This document shows positions 1 to 8,214 of a stretch of DNA of 50,592 nt, in pieces. Position 1 is the first letter of the stretch, and each line of letters opens with the position of its first letter. The position numbers and the translations under genes were made by a program. The DNA comes from Gemmatimonadales bacterium. GTDB lineage: Bacteria > Gemmatimonadota > Gemmatimonadetes > Gemmatimonadales > GWC2-71-9. The DNA is taken from contig JBOHSB010000316.1 of the NCBI GenBank assembly GCA_050733015.1, forward strand, positions 1 to 50,592, read 5' to 3'. The notes under the pieces are model-generated. The model searched no databases, had not been told where the DNA came from, and worked only from the letters and a program-made list of their open reading frames with translations.

Positions 1-31
1 AGATCCCTCGCTGCGCTCGGGATGACATCAG

Positions 32-63
32 GTCCTTCCGTCGTTCCGTCCTTCCATCCTTCC
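32..63. repeat. 4 x 8-bp tandem repeat (gtccttcc gtcgttcc gtccttcc atccttcc)
   Basis: Read directly. It lies 2 nt from the stop codon (66-68) of the minus-strand M28 gene, and is a purine-rich GGAAGGAC array on the coding strand. Confidence 0.6.
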
Positions 64-65
64 GC

Positions 66-1814
66 CTACTGCTTACACACCCCCTCCGGATCCGGCTTCG
101 GCTTATCGACCACCAGGCGATGATCCAGGTTCGCCACGTGCAGCGCCACGTCCTCCACCAGCGACGCCACCCGCGCCATCTTGTCGAAGTCGATGTACTG
201 CACCTCGTCGGTGAGCTGGTGGTAGTCGCGGTGGCCGCCGGTGGTGAAGAAGGTGATCGGGATGCCGAACCGGGCGTACATGTAGTGGTCGCTCCGGCAG
301 TAGCCGTTCTCCGGATGGCCGTTGGCGTCCCAGTCGTAGTTGAAGACCAGCCCGTGCTTATCGTCGGTGTTGACCTTCTCGACCAAGTCGCCCAGCTCGG
401 TCGAGAGCCGGCGGGAGCCGAGCAGCTGGACGTAGGCGGGCCCCGCGCCGGGCAGGTCGCCGGCGCGGCCGCGGCCGATCATGTCGATGTTGAGCTGGGC
501 CACGATCGAGTCGCGCGGCACCGTTGGGTGGCGGGTGAACCAGTCGGAGCCGAGCAGGCCCAGCTCCTCGGCGGTGTGCCACACGAACAGAATGGAGCGC
601 TTGGGCCGCTCGGGCGACTTGGCCAGCGCCTCTGCGATCTCGAGCACGCTCACCGACCCGCTGCCGTCGTCGTCGGCGCCGTTGAACACCGAGTCGGCCC
701 GGGGGCCGCGGATCTTCCGCAGGCTGTCGAGCATCCGCGCGATGGTCGCCGTCTGCTCGGCGGTCGGCGTGCCCGGGGTTTTCTCGGCGCCGCGCGGCCG
801 CATGACGGTGTTCCAGGCCCGAAGCGAGTCGTGGTCCTCGGGCGCGGGCGCCATGCCGACGTGATCGTTGTGGGCGCCGACCGCGACGTACTGGCCCCGG
901 AGCGCCGGGTCGCTGCCGGGAAGGATGGCCACCACGTTCCGGGCGGGCGACGGCGCGGGCACGTCCATGAAGGCGATGGTGCCCTGGACCGTACCGGCCG
1001 TGAGCATCGCGTCGGCCATCTTCCCGCTCACGTACATGAAGGCCGGCTGCTCGGGCGCGTCCATCTTGGCGAGCTGGGCGCCGGTGGCCATGAGGGCCTG
1101 GCGGTCGCTCTTGCTCATGGCGTCGAGCGAGGCCACCGCGATCCCCGCGGCGCCGATGAATTGCTGGGTCACCACCGCCCGGGCCACGAGGCCGCCCGGC
1201 GACCCATCGGCCGGCGGCACCGGCCGGACCACCACCAGCTTCCCGGCGAAGGCGGCGGCGGGCGGCGCCGAGTGATGGGTCGAGTCGCCCACCGTTCCGG
1301 CGTCCACCACGGCGACGCCGTCGATGGGCCGGGCCCGGACGCCCTGGTCGCGGCCGATGAAGTCGGTGCCGGGAGTGAACGACACGCCGCCCGCCCGCAC
1401 GCCGGCGGCGGAGACCAGCGAGCGCTCCTGCAGCGGGATGGTCTGGAAGTACCCGCCGCCGTCGCCCGCGGGTTCGAGGCCGATCCGCTTGGCCTCCGCC
1501 GCGAGGTAGTCCGTCGCCTGCACGTTGCCCGGGGTCCCGGCCTTCCGGCCCTGCATGGAGTCGTCGGCGTAGATGGACAGGCGGGTGCGGAGGTCGCCAG
1601 GAGTGATGGCCGGCGAGCTGGCGGCGGGGGTCGGGCCGCCGGTCGCGGGCGCTGACGGACTGCAGGCCAGGGCGGGGAGGAGCAGGACGAGGGCGATCGA
1701 TCGGGTGAGCCGCACGTGTTCTCCGGGACCGATAGGGAAGGGATACAGGAGTGGAGTCATCCTGAGGCCTGGCTCGGGGTGACTCACGGGGGGGACTGGC
1801 GCAGGTGACTCCAC
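66..1814 (-). CDS. M28-family zinc aminopeptidase, secreted or lipoprotein
   Basis: M28 blocks AHNDHVG, GADDDGSGSVSVLEIAEAL, FVWHTAEELGLLGSDWF and GGHRDYHQLTDE. Hydrophobic leader ending LLLPALAC. The start may be the Met at 1760. Overlapping ORFs 120..1655(+) and 358..2127(-) carry no motifs. Confidence 0.9.
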   Translation of the reverse strand: MESPAPVPPVSHPEPGLRMTPLLYPFPIGPGEHVRLTRSIALVLLLPALACSPSAPATGGPTPAASSPAITPGDLRTRLSIYADDSMQGRKAGTPGNVQATDYLAAEAKRIGLEPAGDGGGYFQTIPLQERSLVSAAGVRAGGVSFTPGTDFIGRDQGVRARPIDGVAVVDAGTVGDSTHHSAPPAAAFAGKLVVVRPVPPADGSPGGLVARAVVTQQFIGAAGIAVASLDAMSKSDRQALMATGAQLAKMDAPEQPAFMYVSGKMADAMLTAGTVQGTIAFMDVPAPSPARNVVAILPGSDPALRGQYVAVGAHNDHVGMAPAPEDHDSLRAWNTVMRPRGAEKTPGTPTAEQTATIARMLDSLRKIRGPRADSVFNGADDDGSGSVSVLEIAEALAKSPERPKRSILFVWHTAEELGLLGSDWFTRHPTVPRDSIVAQLNIDMIGRGRAGDLPGAGPAYVQLLGSRRLSTELGDLVEKVNTDDKHGLVFNYDWDANGHPENGYCRSDHYMYARFGIPITFFTTGGHRDYHQLTDEVQYIDFDKMARVASLVEDVALHVANLDHRLVVDKPKPDPEGVCKQ

Positions 1815-1936
1815 TCCCGGCCCCTACGCCGCCCGCCCCCGGCAGGTTTCCCGACCACCCACCCTTGTCCAACCCCGCGCGGCGCGGCAGTATATGTGCT
1901 CCCGCCGGACGGTACCAGCACACCCAAGGAGAGCCG

Positions 1937-2518
1937 ATGAACCTCGTCGAGCGCGCCAAACGGCTGCTGCTCACTCCCAAGCCGGAGTGGCAGGTCATCG
2001 ACGCCGAACCCACCACCACGGCAGAGCTGTACACCAAGTACATCATTCCGCTCGCCGCGATCGGGCCCATCGCGCGGGTGATCGGCTTCTCCCTGATCGG
2101 GATGCACGTACCGTTCAGCGGCGTCACCTACCGCACGCCGATCGGGCGGGCGCTGGTGGGCGCGGTGGTGAGCTACGTGCTGGCCCTGGTCGGGGTGTAC
2201 GTGCTGGCCATGATCATCGACATGCTGGCGCCGTCGTTCGGGGGCACGACCAACCGGATGCAGGCGCTCAAGGTGGCGGCCTACTCGAGCACGGCAGCCT
2301 GGCTGGCGGCGATCTTCGCCATCGTGCCGGGGCTCTCGATCCTCGGCATCCTCGGCCTGTACAGCATCTACCTGCTGTACGTGGGGCTTCCGATCCTGAT
2401 GAAGTCGCCGGCGGACAAGGCGGGGGCGTACACGGTGGTGGTGATCCTGGTGGCGATCGTGCTGTTCTTCCTCATCGGGGTGGTGGGGAGCCGGGTGATG
2501 ATGGGGGGGATGTACTAG
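1937..2518 (+). CDS. Yip1/DUF1282-like polytopic membrane protein
   Basis: ATG at 1937 preceded by aaggagag. 193 aa: a soluble N-terminus (LLLTPKPEWQVIDAEP) followed by about 5 hydrophobic helices. Family assignment is by recollection of the Yip1-domain layout. Confidence 0.75.
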   Translation: MNLVERAKRLLLTPKPEWQVIDAEPTTTAELYTKYIIPLAAIGPIARVIGFSLIGMHVPFSGVTYRTPIGRALVGAVVSYVLALVGVYVLAMIIDMLAPSFGGTTNRMQALKVAAYSSTAAWLAAIFAIVPGLSILGILGLYSIYLLYVGLPILMKSPADKAGAYTVVVILVAIVLFFLIGVVGSRVMMGGMY

Positions 2519-2538
2519 CGGGGTGGGTGGCTGAGGTC

Positions 2539-2577
2539 GCCAACCGCCTCGCCGCGAGCCTCGTTGGCTCTCCTTTG
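2539..2577 (+). terminator. Candidate intrinsic terminator after the Yip1-like gene
   Basis: GCCAAC (2539-2544) pairs with GTTGGC (2563-2568), with an inner CTCG/CGAG pairing, followed by tctcctttg. It lies 21 nt after the TAG at 2516-2518. Confidence 0.35.
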
Positions 2578-2652
2578 AACGGCCCCTAGTCGGCTCCGGA
2601 CGACCAGTTCGCGGCCACGAATCGATGGCCGCGCGGGCTAAACCCCGGCTGC

Positions 2653-2883
2653 GCGGGTTCGGATCTCGACCGCGCGGCTCCGACGCTCGACCGCGCGGCT
2701 CCGACGCTCGACCGCGCGTGTTCGACGCTCGACTGCGGGGCTTCGGCGGTCGGCTGAGCGGCTGCGCCGATCGACCGCGCGGGATGTACGATCGACTTCG
2801 CGGCGTCGTTCAAGGACGTAGCGGCATCGTTCGGGAACGTCGCGACGTCGTTCAACGGCCTCGCGGAGCCAGCCCGCGTGTCA
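2653..2883. repeat. Degenerate 21-bp tandem array, 11 units
   Basis: Unit starts at 2653, 2674, 2695, 2716, 2737, 2758, 2779, 2800, 2821, 2842 and 2863. Units 2674-2694 and 2695-2715 are identical (gcggctccgacgctcgaccgc). Confidence 0.85.
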
Positions 2884-2943
2884 ACATAGGCAACCCCATT
2901 GCCATGGCGTCTCTGGGCGTCGAAGGGAGCACTGGTGGCCGGC

Positions 2944-3021
2944 GACCTTCGCCTGTCCGTCATCATCGCTGCGTACGACGAGGAGGCAACCCTCGCCACG
3001 GTCGTCGAGCGGGTGCGGGGG
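2944..3021 (+). pseudogene. 5' fragment of a family-2 glycosyltransferase (relic)
   Basis: Encodes DLRLSVIIAAYDEEATLATVVERVRG, matching the N-terminal strand/helix of the intact GT2 at 26635 ([25 protein letters not shown]). Similarity ends at 3021 and no DxD region follows. Confidence 0.5.
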
Positions 3022-3115
3022 TCACCTGGCGGACCGCGTCCGGCTATGTGCGAGGTTCGCTCGACTTCGTGGGATCGACGCCTGACTTCCGCCGGGGGCC
3101 GATGTCGGAGTTGGA

Positions 3116-3236
3116 GGGGACCGCTGCTAGACCGCGAGGTCCCCTCGAGGCGGTCCGCCGCCCTTGGCAGCGGGCCAAAGGGCGGTGTGCACCCGTCCGA
3201 TCGGTGCCCGGCCGTCCTAGGTCAGGACGCTCCGGG
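3116..3236. other. Three consecutive stem-loops in a roughly 450-nt ORF-poor stretch
   Basis: GGGGACC/GGTCCCC (3116-3144). GCCCTTGGC/GCCAAAGGGC with one bulge (3160-3183). CCCGG-CGTCCT/AGGACG-CCGGG (3207-3236). Confidence 0.3.
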
Positions 3237-3476
3237 TCGGTGGCGGTACGCAACTTGTATAAGATTCGGTACAATCCCCGTTGAAGGTACGCGATCCGGC
3301 GAGGCAGCATGGGGTCCGAGGGGTCGCCTTTCCGGGGGCTGGATGAGGGCGTTAGGATCGGAATCGGGCGCCACCGATGCGCGGCGGACGACTTGGGCAG
3401 CCCGCGCGGAAATGCAGTCCAGCGACTAGGTTAGAGTGTGACTTCGTCCGCGGTTCCCCCGCTGATACATGAGTTT

Positions 3477-3938
3477 ATGAGACCGATTGGGCAGCTACCT
3501 TTGGTGTGCCTCGTGTGGCTCGCCCTGATTGGGTGTGCCGCAGGCAAGAGCGCCGCCGACGAAGAGCCGGAGCCTGCGCCGCCGCCGCCTGCCTTCCCGG
3601 CGCCTTGCGCCACTGCCGGCACCGATGGCGGCACCGACACGACCTCCGTCTGCGCCACCAGCCCAGGGCTGCTGGTCAGCCCCCAACTGCAGGAGGCGGT
3701 GCACGACCTCCGGCGCCTGGGGCTGGCCAATGCGATGCGGGAGGTGGGCAAGGGGCGGGTAGCGCTGATGCTGGGCGAGACCGCCCTGGAGCGTCACGTG
3801 CCGCTGGCCTATCACCTCGAGCGGCTGTACCGGGCGTACCGAACGGCCTACGACTACGGCGACGTGGTGGCGCTCGAGCTGTGGTACCACGGGGAGCAGG
3901 TGGGGACGTACACCTCGCTGGGGCTGCTGCTGCACTGA
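3477..3938 (+). CDS. Hypothetical lipoprotein
   Basis: MRPIGQLPLVCLVWLALIGC carries a lipobox (LIGC), followed by an Ala/Pro/Glu-rich linker and a roughly 90-aa C-terminal domain. An alternative GTG start lies at 3438. Confidence 0.6.
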   Translation: MRPIGQLPLVCLVWLALIGCAAGKSAADEEPEPAPPPPAFPAPCATAGTDGGTDTTSVCATSPGLLVSPQLQEAVHDLRRLGLANAMREVGKGRVALMLGETALERHVPLAYHLERLYRAYRTAYDYGDVVALELWYHGEQVGTYTSLGLLLH

Positions 3939-3977
3939 GCGGCCGAAGGCCTACCTCCCAGGCCGAGGATGCGGCCA

Positions 3978-4037
3978 GGTGACCGCGGCCTTCATTCCCC
4001 GGGTGCGGGCTATGGATCCGCCGGGGTCAGGGTCACC
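3978..4037. terminator. Nested inverted repeat between convergent genes (possible bidirectional terminator)
   Basis: Outer pairing GGTGACC (3978-3984) with GGTCACC (4031-4037). Inner pairing CCCCGG (3997-4002) with CCGGGG (4021-4026). No clear U-tract. Confidence 0.2.
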
Positions 4038-4087
4038 GTTCAGGCTCAATCGTCAAGGGCACTGCCTCAATCGCGCCACTAGCTGCT

Positions 4088-4636
4088 TCAGGGGCCCAAT
4101 GGGCAAGTGCGCTCCGAGACGGTGGCCACGGCCGGGTCCAGGACGAGTTGATCCGCCAGCGTGCGCGAGGACATCGAGTCGGACGCGAGCCGAATGTACT
4201 CGCCCCCTCCTGGAGCCTCACTAACCACTGCGCCGCCCGCCCGCGCCACTGCCGCTGAACGGTCCTTCACCGTTGCGGAATCCCTGAACAGCACCAGGAG
4301 CAGACCAGGGGCCACGCTACCCGCCCGCATGGAGCGGCAAGTGACCGACAGCACCGAGTCCGCCGGTATCCCTGATTGGGGCAGGCTGAAACTGGTCGAG
4401 TCAGAGGAGGTCCGGCGTGCCGTGTCCGCTGGTGGTGTCCCACGCGCCGTATCCACTCCCGCCAGCCTGCTACTGTCGCCGTAGCCGGCGGCCGACGAGT
4501 CCCTGGGGGCAGCGGTGCCTCTGGTCGAATCGGCAGTCGACTGGGCATCAACCGGGGTGGCCATCAACGGCAGGACGACAACGGCCATGACCAGGATGCC
4601 GCTCGCATGATGGAATAGTCTCAGCATCGGGTACAA
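4088..4636 (-). CDS. Hypothetical secreted protein
   Basis: N-terminal signal-like helix ILVMAVVVLPLMATPVDAQS, then a Ser/Thr/Arg/Asp-rich linker and a C-terminal domain. It starts 3 nt after the M50 stop. Confidence 0.55.
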   Translation of the reverse strand: MYPMLRLFHHASGILVMAVVVLPLMATPVDAQSTADSTRGTAAPRDSSAAGYGDSSRLAGVDTARGTPPADTARRTSSDSTSFSLPQSGIPADSVLSVTCRSMRAGSVAPGLLLVLFRDSATVKDRSAAVARAGGAVVSEAPGGGEYIRLASDSMSSRTLADQLVLDPAVATVSERTCPLGP

Positions 4637-4639
4637 CCC

Positions 4640-5431
4640 TTAGTTGGAGGGCGAATAGCTGGAGATGGTCCGACAGGCCAAGGCGTATTCGGAGGCGCTC
4701 AACACCTCCGCCCCAAGTGCTCCGAGCAGAATCGCTGCGCTTGCCGCTCCGTCGAAGAACACGGAGACCAGCGCCAGTTGCAGGGCGATGGCCGCGATCC
4801 GCAGCGAGGAAGCGAAGGGCCACGGGTGGGCCGGCTGCTCCCGGCCTGGAGACGTGGCCGCCGTGTGGCGCCGCCAGGCCGCCGCGTGGGTGGCGATTCG
4901 CCAACCGTCGAAGCCGCGGAGAGGCATCAGATTGAGCAGCATGAAAGCGTTGACCAAGAATACCGCTGTCATCCACATGAAGATCGGCGGGTGCGGTCGA
5001 GGGCCTGATGCCCACAAGGCGATCACCACTTTCGCCGCGAGCAGGTTCCCCAGCGTCCCGGCGAACGTGATCAAAGGGGCGCGCCAGGACTGGCCGCTGC
5101 GCCACTCGAATCGCATGCCGCCGGACGCGGCATCCTCGTACCCGATTCCTTGCGCATCTCCATCGTACAACCGCACTTCGCCATGAATTGGGAACAGGGC
5201 CACCCGGATGCGGGTGTGCCCGATCATACCTTCCCACAGCACAGGGCCGCGTCCCAGTGACACGCTCCACACGCGGACTCCGAGGAGGCGCGCCATCAAG
5301 GCGTGACCGAGCTCGTGCACCAGCAGGGCCAACCAGGCGGCCGCGAGCACCAGGAGTAGCACCCGCAACCCGTAGGGTAGATACGCGTACCACGACCCCG
5401 TGATGTCGGCCACGCTTCCAGTTACACCCAT
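4640..5431 (-). CDS. M50 (site-2 protease-like) membrane metalloprotease without a PDZ domain
   Basis: HELGH within a TM helix (LLVHELGHALMARLLG) and a second S2P motif NLMPLRGFDG. Several hydrophobic helices. Confidence 0.8.
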   Translation of the reverse strand: MGVTGSVADITGSWYAYLPYGLRVLLLVLAAAWLALLVHELGHALMARLLGVRVWSVSLGRGPVLWEGMIGHTRIRVALFPIHGEVRLYDGDAQGIGYEDAASGGMRFEWRSGQSWRAPLITFAGTLGNLLAAKVVIALWASGPRPHPPIFMWMTAVFLVNAFMLLNLMPLRGFDGWRIATHAAAWRRHTAATSPGREQPAHPWPFASSLRIAAIALQLALVSVFFDGAASAAILLGALGAEVLSASEYALACRTISSYSPSN

Positions 5432-5577
5432 TCGGTAGTGCCCTCAGTATGCTGCGGTTCTTGTCGAGTGGCCAACTGTCCTGGTCCCAATCTACATCGA
5501 GCCGCAATTCTCAGCGGGGGGCTGCGAGCGCCACCTCAGCGACAGCGAGATGACCGGCGACGAACACCGAGCTCGGA

Positions 5578-6345
5578 TCATTTGGTAGCGTGAATCATCA
5601 GGTGCCAACCGAGCAATCGACCCAACATTCGCTTCGCGACCTTGGGAATCCAGAAGGTGACGAAGCGGAACCCGTAGGTGAAGGGGTAGTCGGCATGCAC
5701 CGACAGGCTGGCGAAGTCCCGAAACAGTCGCTGGGCGGCATCCTTCGTAAACGTCTGGACTACGGGACACTCGTCCTTGAGATCGCGGGGCGACTCGAAC
5801 GGCAGCCGCAGCAGTCGGTGGACGGCGTAGACGATCGACCTGCGGTGATATAGCATCACGTAAGCGGCTCCACCGGGGCGCAGCACTCGATGCACCTCGG
5901 CCACGGCGCGCTGGATGTCAGGAGTGTGATGCAATACCCCGAATGAGTAGACGGCGTCGAAGGAATTGTCCGGAAACTCGAGCTGCTCCGCGTTGCCGAC
6001 CAGAAAATCAACACTGACGCCTCTGTATTCCGCGAACTGCCTCGCGAGTCCCACCGCTACTTCCGTCAGATCGAGCGCCGTGACTGAGAAGCCGCAGCGC
6101 GCCAGCTGAACGCTGTCGAGTCCCATGCCGCACCCCACCTCGAGCAGCCGGCCCCGGCTTCCGCGCAGCGACGCGAACAGCTCTACCAGGTGGTAGTGCC
6201 AGCGGTAGCGGCGGCGCTCGATCTGCTCGAAGTACGACGCCGACCCGCGATCGTGACCGGGCGCATAGTACTCGTTGTTGACGTGCGCCTCCCAGAACTG
6301 GCGCACCGCGCTCAGGGTGACCCTTGGCTCCGCCGACGAGGTCAT
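5578..6345 (-). CDS. Class I SAM-dependent methyltransferase
   Basis: Motif I LLEVGCGMGLDS. ATG at 6345-6343 overlaps the asnB TGA (6344-6342) as ATGA. The 270-aa track ORF therefore has a 15-codon spurious extension. Confidence 0.9.
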   Translation of the reverse strand: MTSSAEPRVTLSAVRQFWEAHVNNEYYAPGHDRGSASYFEQIERRRYRWHYHLVELFASLRGSRGRLLEVGCGMGLDSVQLARCGFSVTALDLTEVAVGLARQFAEYRGVSVDFLVGNAEQLEFPDNSFDAVYSFGVLHHTPDIQRAVAEVHRVLRPGGAAYVMLYHRRSIVYAVHRLLRLPFESPRDLKDECPVVQTFTKDAAQRLFRDFASLSVHADYPFTYGFRFVTFWIPKVAKRMLGRLLGWHLMIHATK

Positions 6346-8213
6346 GCCTGGAACGCCTCGTGCCACAGCTCCAACCCCACCATCTGCCACAGCATGAAGT
6401 AGTGCCAGCGGAGGCGCTGCTGCGGACGCGCGGCCAGCACGTCACGAACGAAGCCCGGATTGAAGATCCCCGTGCGCCGCAGTCGCTCCGGCGTCAACAG
6501 CTCGAGGGCCACCTCGCGCAGGTCCTTCTTGTATTGCTCGACCGGGTCGACCGTGAACCCCCACTTGCGCTTCCGCAGCGTTTCCGCCGGGAGGATGTCC
6601 GCGAGCGCGGCTTTGAGAAAACCCTTCGGGCCCCGGCCGAACCGGACGCGATCCGGGATTCGCGCGGCGTAGCGGACGAGCTCGAGGTCGAGGAGAGGTA
6701 CCCGACTCTCCACGGAATGGGCCATGGACATGGTGTCCTCGTTGTGCAGCAGGTCGTTCACCAGCTTGGTGTCGAATTCGGCTCGCAGCGCCGCTCCCTC
6801 GACGCTCTGCCGGTTCACAAAGTAGGGCTCGAAGGCGTCTCGGCAGCGCAGGGCGAGTCTGTCGAGGAACTCGCGGGTGTACACGCGGCTCAGCAGGGAG
6901 GGATTAGAGTCCCACCCGTTGCGGAGCAGCAGGTACGAGCGAGCACCGTCGTGAGGCGAGCCGACCCACTCGAGCTCGCGTGCGTATTGATCGAGGCCGG
7001 GCCGCGCCAGCCCGCTGAGGGCCGAGGCGAAGCGGCCGAACAGCGGCTCGACCGCCCGCCTCATGAGCGCGCTGGGCGATACTGCCCTCGCGTAACGCAG
7101 GACTCGAAGGTAGCGATAGAAGTCATATCCCGCGAAGAGCTCATCGCCACCCAGACCCGAGAGCGACACCTTGACGTGGGTACCGATAAAACGGTGCAGC
7201 AGGAAGAGCTGCAGGCAGTTCACCTTGGGCTCTTCCGTAAAGTAGATGGCGTCCTTCAAGTGCCGCATCGCGGGTTCTCGAAGGACGATCTCATGGTGCT
7301 CGGTCCCGTACCGTGTCGCGACGGCGCGGGCGTCCTCGGTCTCGTCCCCCGGCTCGTCGAATCCGAGCGTAAACGTCTTGAGCGCCCCGGTCGATTGGCG
7401 CCGGATCATGGCGACCAGGCAGGTCGAGTCGACGCCGCCTGATAGCGCGACGCCGAGCGGGACGTCGGACAGCAACTGGCGCCTGACCGCCGCCTCGATG
7501 TGCTCGCGCAGGCCTTCGGCCCACGCAGCCTCAGACCGGCTGTCGTCCGGGGTCCAGTCGACCGTGGCATACGACCTAAGCCGGTGACCGGTCGCGTCGG
7601 CTTCGAGGATGTGGCCGGGGGGAAGCCGGTGAATCCCCGCGAAGAGCGTGCGCGGGCCGGGAATGTACCGGAGGTTCATCGTGAGGTGCAGGCTCGCCTC
7701 GTCGAGCTCGGCCCGGAGCAGCCCGCTCGCCAGCACCGCCTTGGCCTCGGAGCCGAAGGCCAGCGTCGCTCCTCGGCTGGCGTAGACGAGCGGCTTGACC
7801 CCGATCGGGTCGCGGACGAGGAACAGGGTGCCCCGCCGCCGGTCCCACAGCGCGAAGGCGAAGATGCCGTTCAGCCGATGGACGAAGTCGATGCCGTCTT
7901 CCTCGTAGAGATGCGGCAGGATCTCCGTGTCGCAATGGGTCTCCAGGCGGTGCCCCCGACGGAACAGATCCTCTCGAAGCTCCGGCGAGTTGTAGATCTC
8001 GCCGTTGTAGATCGCCACGACCGAGCGGTCCTCGCTGAACACGGGCTGCACGCCCCCCGCGGGGTCCAGGATCGCGAGGCGCCGGCTTCCGAGATGGACC
8101 GGGCCATCGTGATGGAAGTAGGCACCGTCCGGCCCCCGATGAGCGAGGGTGTTGGTCATGCACCGGAGCAGCTCGTCCGTCCCGAACCCCAGCATGCCGG
8201 CGATGCCGCACAT
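6342..8213 (-). CDS. asnB: Asparagine synthase family (glutamine-hydrolysing) amidotransferase
   Basis: N-terminal MCGIAG (Cys2 Ntn nucleophile). PP-loop LSGGVDST. 623 aa. Confidence 0.95.
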   Translation of the reverse strand: MCGIAGMLGFGTDELLRCMTNTLAHRGPDGAYFHHDGPVHLGSRRLAILDPAGGVQPVFSEDRSVVAIYNGEIYNSPELREDLFRRGHRLETHCDTEILPHLYEEDGIDFVHRLNGIFAFALWDRRRGTLFLVRDPIGVKPLVYASRGATLAFGSEAKAVLASGLLRAELDEASLHLTMNLRYIPGPRTLFAGIHRLPPGHILEADATGHRLRSYATVDWTPDDSRSEAAWAEGLREHIEAAVRRQLLSDVPLGVALSGGVDSTCLVAMIRRQSTGALKTFTLGFDEPGDETEDARAVATRYGTEHHEIVLREPAMRHLKDAIYFTEEPKVNCLQLFLLHRFIGTHVKVSLSGLGGDELFAGYDFYRYLRVLRYARAVSPSALMRRAVEPLFGRFASALSGLARPGLDQYARELEWVGSPHDGARSYLLLRNGWDSNPSLLSRVYTREFLDRLALRCRDAFEPYFVNRQSVEGAALRAEFDTKLVNDLLHNEDTMSMAHSVESRVPLLDLELVRYAARIPDRVRFGRGPKGFLKAALADILPAETLRKRKWGFTVDPVEQYKKDLREVALELLTPERLRRTGIFNPGFVRDVLAARPQQRLRWHYFMLWQMVGLELWHEAFQA

Positions 8214-8214
8214 C

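Noticed and set aside
120-2127. ORFs 120..1655(+) and 358..2127(-) overlapping the M28 gene
   Set aside because: Only the frame 66..1814(-) contains the M28 metal-binding and catalytic blocks. The others are alternate or antisense frames with extreme Arg/Gly/Pro content.
2653-2883. CRISPR array interpretation of the 21-bp repeats
   Set aside because: The units are directly head-to-tail with no unique spacers. The repeat is shorter than typical CRISPR repeats. No cas genes are present.
3094-3120. tmRNA-like 5' end (gggggccgatgtcggagttggagggga)
   Set aside because: It has only superficial resemblance to the GGGGCUGAUUCUGGAUUCGAC start of tmRNA. I could find no downstream T-arm (GGTTCGAATCC-like), no tag reading frame and no CCA-proximal acceptor pairing within 400 nt.
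2586-3284. ORFs 2586..2999(-) and 2625..3284(+) as real repeat-protein genes
   Set aside because: Both are open mainly because of the 21-nt periodicity. They lack an RBS, signal peptide or recognisable domain, and they overlap each other and the GT2 relic. They are kept as a possibility only within the repeat finding.
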